Part shown: piece after piece, positions 9,756 to 14,209 of the stretch
How the letters are laid out: each line of letters starts with the position of its first letter
How positions within the stretch are numbered: the first letter of the stretch is position 1
Origin: Azolla caroliniana
Taxonomy: Eukaryota > Plantae > Polypodiophyta
DNA length: 14,209 bases
Direction: 5' to 3'
Assembly: GCA_043228905.1 (NCBI GenBank)
Contig: JBHGNT010000890.1
Coordinates: forward strand, 1-14,209
Made by a program: the position numbers and the translations under genes
The notes under the pieces: generated by a model
Told to the model about the DNA's origin: nothing
Database searches by the model: none
Seen by the model: the letters and a program-made list of their open reading frames with translations, nothing else

Positions 9756-12700
9756 AGTGGACTATTGAAGCGTGGGGCACAAATAGTCCGAGCAATCATA
9801 AGTCCCCACAAGGAAGCAAAATAAGTGGATCGCAAGGAGAAGCAACATGTGTGACACCTAGTGGTGCATGTAAACTAACACTACTCAACAAGAAGGACAA
9901 GCATCAGATACAAGACTTCGAGAAGATGCTGAAAGAGGAAAGCATAATTGAAGAAGAAGAATTCGTGTCTCATATTCTAGAGGAAGCCTCATTTAACAAC
10001 ACCATTGGCGAAATCGAGGAAGTCGTGGACTTGAGCTACCCTCACGATCAATATGTGATTTCGGTTAACTCCGTCAACATGTATGCTATCATCGATGAAT
10101 ATCATCAAGGCATCTTGATGGAGGAAGCTGAAGTCAACTCAAAATATAAAACGGTGGATAAGAAGATCAAGCTAGTTGCGGTTTCGCTACCGGAAGATAG
10201 CTGATAGAAGATGAAGGAAGTTGCTAATGATCCAAGCTTAAGGGATCCAAAGGCAATAGGTCATGTCTTCACCAAAGAGACGAAAGGAAAGCTACAAGTT
10301 GGAAGGGAAGATTTCCTTCTCCCTGAAGAGGAGAGAATGTTCCACGGAATGCTTGAGAGACATGGAAAGCCTTTGCCTTCTCTCTACAAGAAATCGAATG
10401 TGCCGACCCGAAGATGATAGAGCCGATGGTTATTTTTACGGTGCCGCATGTACCTTGGAACCTCAAGCCGATATCGGTTCCAAGAGCTCACATTCCGAAG
10501 TTGATTGAGCTTCTAAAGGAAAAGGTTAGGATGGGAATACTTGAGCCATTCAATTCTCCCTACGCCAATAGATGGTTAACGGTGCTGAAGAAGAATGGGT
10601 CCTTACGCTTTATTCAAGATCTCCAACCTGTCAACAAGGTGACGATCCGAAATGCCGGAATTGGTCCAAGTGTGGATGAATCTGCCGAAGCCTTCGCGGG
10701 AAGATCGATCTACTCCATTGGTGATCTCTACTCGGGCTGTGATCAATTTGAATTGGTTGTCGATAGTAGAGAAATAACGACAATGAGGACGCCGATCGGG
10801 TTGATAAGGATGTGCACCTTACCCCAAGGTGCAACAAATTCCATAGCCCACATGGTGAATGCCATGAACAAAGTGTTGAGGGATTGTATCGCTGATATCA
10901 CAATGCCCTTCTTAGATGATATTCCAATCAAAGGATGCTTGGTGGAAGAAAAATATGAAGATAGTTGCCGAAGATTCGTCATTGATCATATAAAGGATAG
11001 CGAGAAGGTGTTGCAAAAGGTTGAGGATGCAAATCTCATGTTTTCGGGAGAGATGTCTGCATTCGGTCAACCATAAATATTGGTAGTAGGACACTTATGT
11101 GGGTCTGATGGACGGAAGCCATCTCCATCCAAGGTGAAGGCTATTCAAGAGATGAAAGAAGAATGTGTGTCTCAAACAGAGGTGCGAAGATTCTTGGGAG
11201 CATGTGCATTCTATCACATATGGATTCCACATTATTCTCATGTCGCTGAACCATTGTATGGATTACTAAAGAAAAGGAAGAAGTTCGAATGGGAAGATGA
11301 GCATACCTACGCGGTTCAAAAGCTAAAGAAACTATTATTGGAAGCTCTGGCACTGCGAAAAGCCGACTACACCAAAGGTACCCCGATATATGTGACGGTG
11401 GATACGAGCCCAACCGGAATTGGATGGGTGATAAACCAAGAAGACAAAGAAAAGAATCGGTATGCAATCCGATTCGGTGCAAAGGTGTTCATTGAAAGAC
11501 AAAGGAAGTATGCCCAAGTAAAGAGAGAGCTATGGGGAATAGTATCTGCGGTTAAAACCGATCGTGACTACCTTATCAAAACAAAGGTCATAATCGAAAC
11601 TGATTGTCTACCTATTCTCGAAATGATATCCGGTTGTGCTACACCAGATATTGCTATGCTGCGATGGATTGCCTATATCAAGTCCCTCAACCCCGAGATT
11701 TGACATATAAATGGGAAGCATAATGTGGTGGCCGATATGTTATCAAGGGCAAGGTATGAGGGTGAAGAAAATTTGCACTCCGATGAAGGAGATGTTGGCC
11801 TAAACTTCTTTATGGTTTCTTGTGCTCGAGTGCTTGCCATGTTTAAAGTAGAAGATTATGAGGGTGAACTTCTACCGAATTAGAAAGAAGTCCTACAAGT
11901 TATTCCTCAAAGAAGGACATCTATGGAAGTTTCTAAAGAAGAAGAATGGAACTCCACTTCAAGTGGTGTGCAAGAAACAAGATCAACAAACACTAATTGC
12001 TGAATTTCATGATAGTGTGTGGGCAGGTCATCGAGGTATATGGGCAACATTTGCAAAGCTCAAGGAGAAGTATTGGTGACCGGGTGTTTACAAAGATGTA
12101 GCAAGCTATGTTGAAACATGTGAGCAATGCCAATTATACTCGAATATTCAACATAGGGATGAACTTCATCTGACATATCCATTATCAATGCACTATAAGT
12201 GGTTGGTAGACATAGTGGTTATGCCGATGGGATTGGGGCAAATGAAGTATCTCGTGCTAGCAAGACAAGATCTCACCAACCAAGTAGAAGGACGGGCGCC
12301 AAGGAATAAAACAACTTCGGTGGTTTGTAAGTTTCTCCTTGAAGATGTTATTTGTCGATACGGATGTGTTGGCAAAATAGTAGCTGATAGGGGAGAATTA
12401 GATGCAAATGAAGCTAAAGACTTAGATGCGTCAAACTATCGCTCACCATGGCATACAACCCGGATGCAAATGGGAAGGTGGAACGAGGACATAGTCCGAT
12501 TGTAAAAGCTCTAGCAAAGGCTTGCGACGGAAAGATGGAGAATTGGCCACGATTACTACCTTATGCATTGTGGGTTGATAGAACTACACATAGCACGACT
12601 ACAGGATATATGCCGACCGAACTCATATTAGGGAAAAAACCAATAATGCCTATTGAGCATAGTGTTGCTTTGTGGACATCTTTGCCATGGCAAGAGGAAA

Positions 12701-13119
12701 TGAGTCGGGAAGACTTGCTAGCCACGACGATTCAATAACTAGAACGGAGGCCCGAGGATGTCGAGTTGGCAATAGAACGGTTGCACCAAGCTCAATTGAA
12801 GAACAAGGAGAATTTTGATAGAAAGCATAGTCTTCGACAAAGAAAAATTGAAGACGGAGATTGGGTTCTTGTCTATGATAGTAGTCTCGATAATCAATAT
12901 AGCACAGCTCGAAAGTTCGCAAAACGATGGTTTGGCCCGTATATGGTCAAGAAAATAGAAAGCAATGCAACCTATTTTTTAGTGGAGTTAGATGGAACTT
13001 GACTTGCTTTGCCAATTGCAAGAAAAAGAATCAAGATCTTTAAGAGAAGAGAGGCCCCAAATCTTGAGATCGAAGCTCTGGATGATATAGCCTCGAACAT
13101 CGAGGTTGAAAAAGAGTAA
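9728..13119 (+). pseudogene. pol: Gypsy pol (RT, RNase H, integrase), disrupted
   Basis: RT: LRFIQDLQPVNK, DLYSG.DQ, LPQGATNS, PFLDD (10909-10920). Thumb: VRRFLG. RNase H: VDTSPTGIG, KRELWGI, ETDC, NVVADMLSR. Integrase: HDS..AGH...CEQC, VDIV, ADRGE, ANGKVERGH, WFGPY. The frame ends at TAA 13117-13119 with no chromodomain. Confidence 0.96.
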
Positions 13120-13170
13120 TTAAAAGAGGAACCTCACCACAATTGACACATACCGGTGGATGTGCAGGTT

Positions 13171-13183
13171 TGGTGGGGGTGAA
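13171..13183 (+). other. Gypsy polypurine tract
   Basis: TGGTGGGGGTGAA immediately before the 3' LTR start TGTCGTG. Confidence 0.8.
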
Positions 13184-14209
13184 TGTCGTGTGGTTTTTCA
13201 CACACGATATGAAAACTAGTAAAAGAACTATTTAAGATTACCTTAATGTATTCATATGGAAAGATAGATGTCTTCAAGAGCTTCATAATGTCTTTTACTA
13301 CGCCTAAAATGGATAAACAAGTATCAAGTTATGTGAGTGTAAAGTTTGAAGAAAAAAAAAGAAAAGACAAAACTGTGAGGTATCACACATACATAGGACA
13401 ACATTGGAACCCAAGATATATAATGGAAACCAAAACATATTCATTATATCAATGTGTGGAGCACAGAATGTTCAAGGTGACTTGGGCTACATTGTGTGGT
13501 GTGCACGTTTTGGAGGTATGCGCGTGTGCACGACCGTGTAGACATTTGCGTCACGGATGTTTTGGGCGTACGTGTTTGCACGTTTTCGTCTTGTGGACGC
13601 TTCGGGCGTACGCATGTGTGCACGACCGTGTGGACGTTTTCGGCGTGTGGACGATCGTGTGGAGGTTTTCAGACATACACGTGTACACGTGCACGGCCTT
13701 GTGGGAAGCTCGGACGGAACGCGTGTGTGCGGACGAGCGTGCAGATGCGTACCCGGCGCGGTCGAGACATGCGTGTGCGGATGCGTACACGGCACGATCA
13801 GGATGCGCGTGTGCACGATCGTGTGGATGTTTGCGCCTTGTGGACGCTTTGGGCGTACGCATGTGTGCACGACCGTGTGGACGCTTCGGGCTTTGGACGT
13901 TTGCCCATGTGGACGCTTCGGGCATACGCGTGTGTGCACGGCCATGTGGATGTTTACGACGTGTGGACGCTTCGAGCGTACACGCATGTGCAAAGCCGTG
14001 TGGATGTTTTTGGACGTACGCGCGTGCAAGTTTCGGGCGTACGCGTGCACGGCCTCGTGGGACGCTCGGACGGACGTCTGTGGGCGGACGAGCACGCAAA
14101 TGCATACACGGCGCGGTTAGGACGCGCGTGTGCGGATGCGTACACAGTACAGTGTCGAGTTATTACGCGCGTGCGTGAAGAAGGGGCGGGACCACAGGGG
14201 GTCTCAGAC
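13184..14209 (+). repeat. Gypsy 3' LTR, truncated by the window edge; GC-rich array at about 13495-14176
   Basis: Matches the 5' LTR start, then runs into repeated GTGTGCACGACCGTGTGGACG / TGTGGACGCTTCGGGCGTACGC modules. Confidence 0.93.

Larger units (their letters stand above)
5884..14209 (+). mobile_element. Ty3/gypsy LTR retrotransposon without chromodomain; near complete, pseudogenised, 3' LTR runs off the window
   Basis: LTR, PBS, gag (CCHC), PR, RT, RH, IN (GPY/F), PPT, LTR in gypsy order. The two LTR starts align without gaps at an offset of 7300 bp. Candidate TSD is CACGG (5879-5883). Confidence 0.97.

Noticed and set aside
13003-13170. Chromodomain or env-like ORF after integrase
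   Set aside because: Only a short acidic tail follows the GPY/F region, and there is no room before the PPT.
13246-14178. 310-aa ORF in the 3' LTR, and the many overlapping Cys/Arg/Ala-rich ORFs at 6144-6991 and 13487-14145
   Set aside because: The GC-rich repeat lacks stop codons in most frames on both strands. The equivalent frame in the 5' LTR has a TAG near 6090, and no domain is recognisable.

Overview
Eukaryotic, repeat-only window with no recognisable host gene. Protein motifs and the tRNA match suggest a plant, probably a seed-free one such as a fern or bryophyte (inference). It holds three nested, decayed retroelements. (1) A LINE reverse-transcriptase remnant (about 2366-2759, minus) is cut by (2) a heavily deleted Ty1/copia element (2760-5883, minus; 439-bp 3' LTR, two PPT copies, integrase core missing). 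The copia gag is in turn cut by (3) a near-complete but pseudogenised Ty3/gypsy element (5884 to beyond 14209, plus). The gypsy has a 1633-bp 5' LTR, a tRNA-Trp primer-binding site, gag-PR then RT-RH-IN, no chromodomain, and a 3' LTR from 13184. Its notable features are the tRNA-Trp PBS set 8 nt from the LTR end, DHG and FLDD catalytic motifs, a possible -1 frameshift after the protease, and GC-rich arrays that differ between the two LTRs. Bases 1-2365 are AT-rich and unassigned. I cannot support a wholly new biological system; the leads concern retroelement biology.
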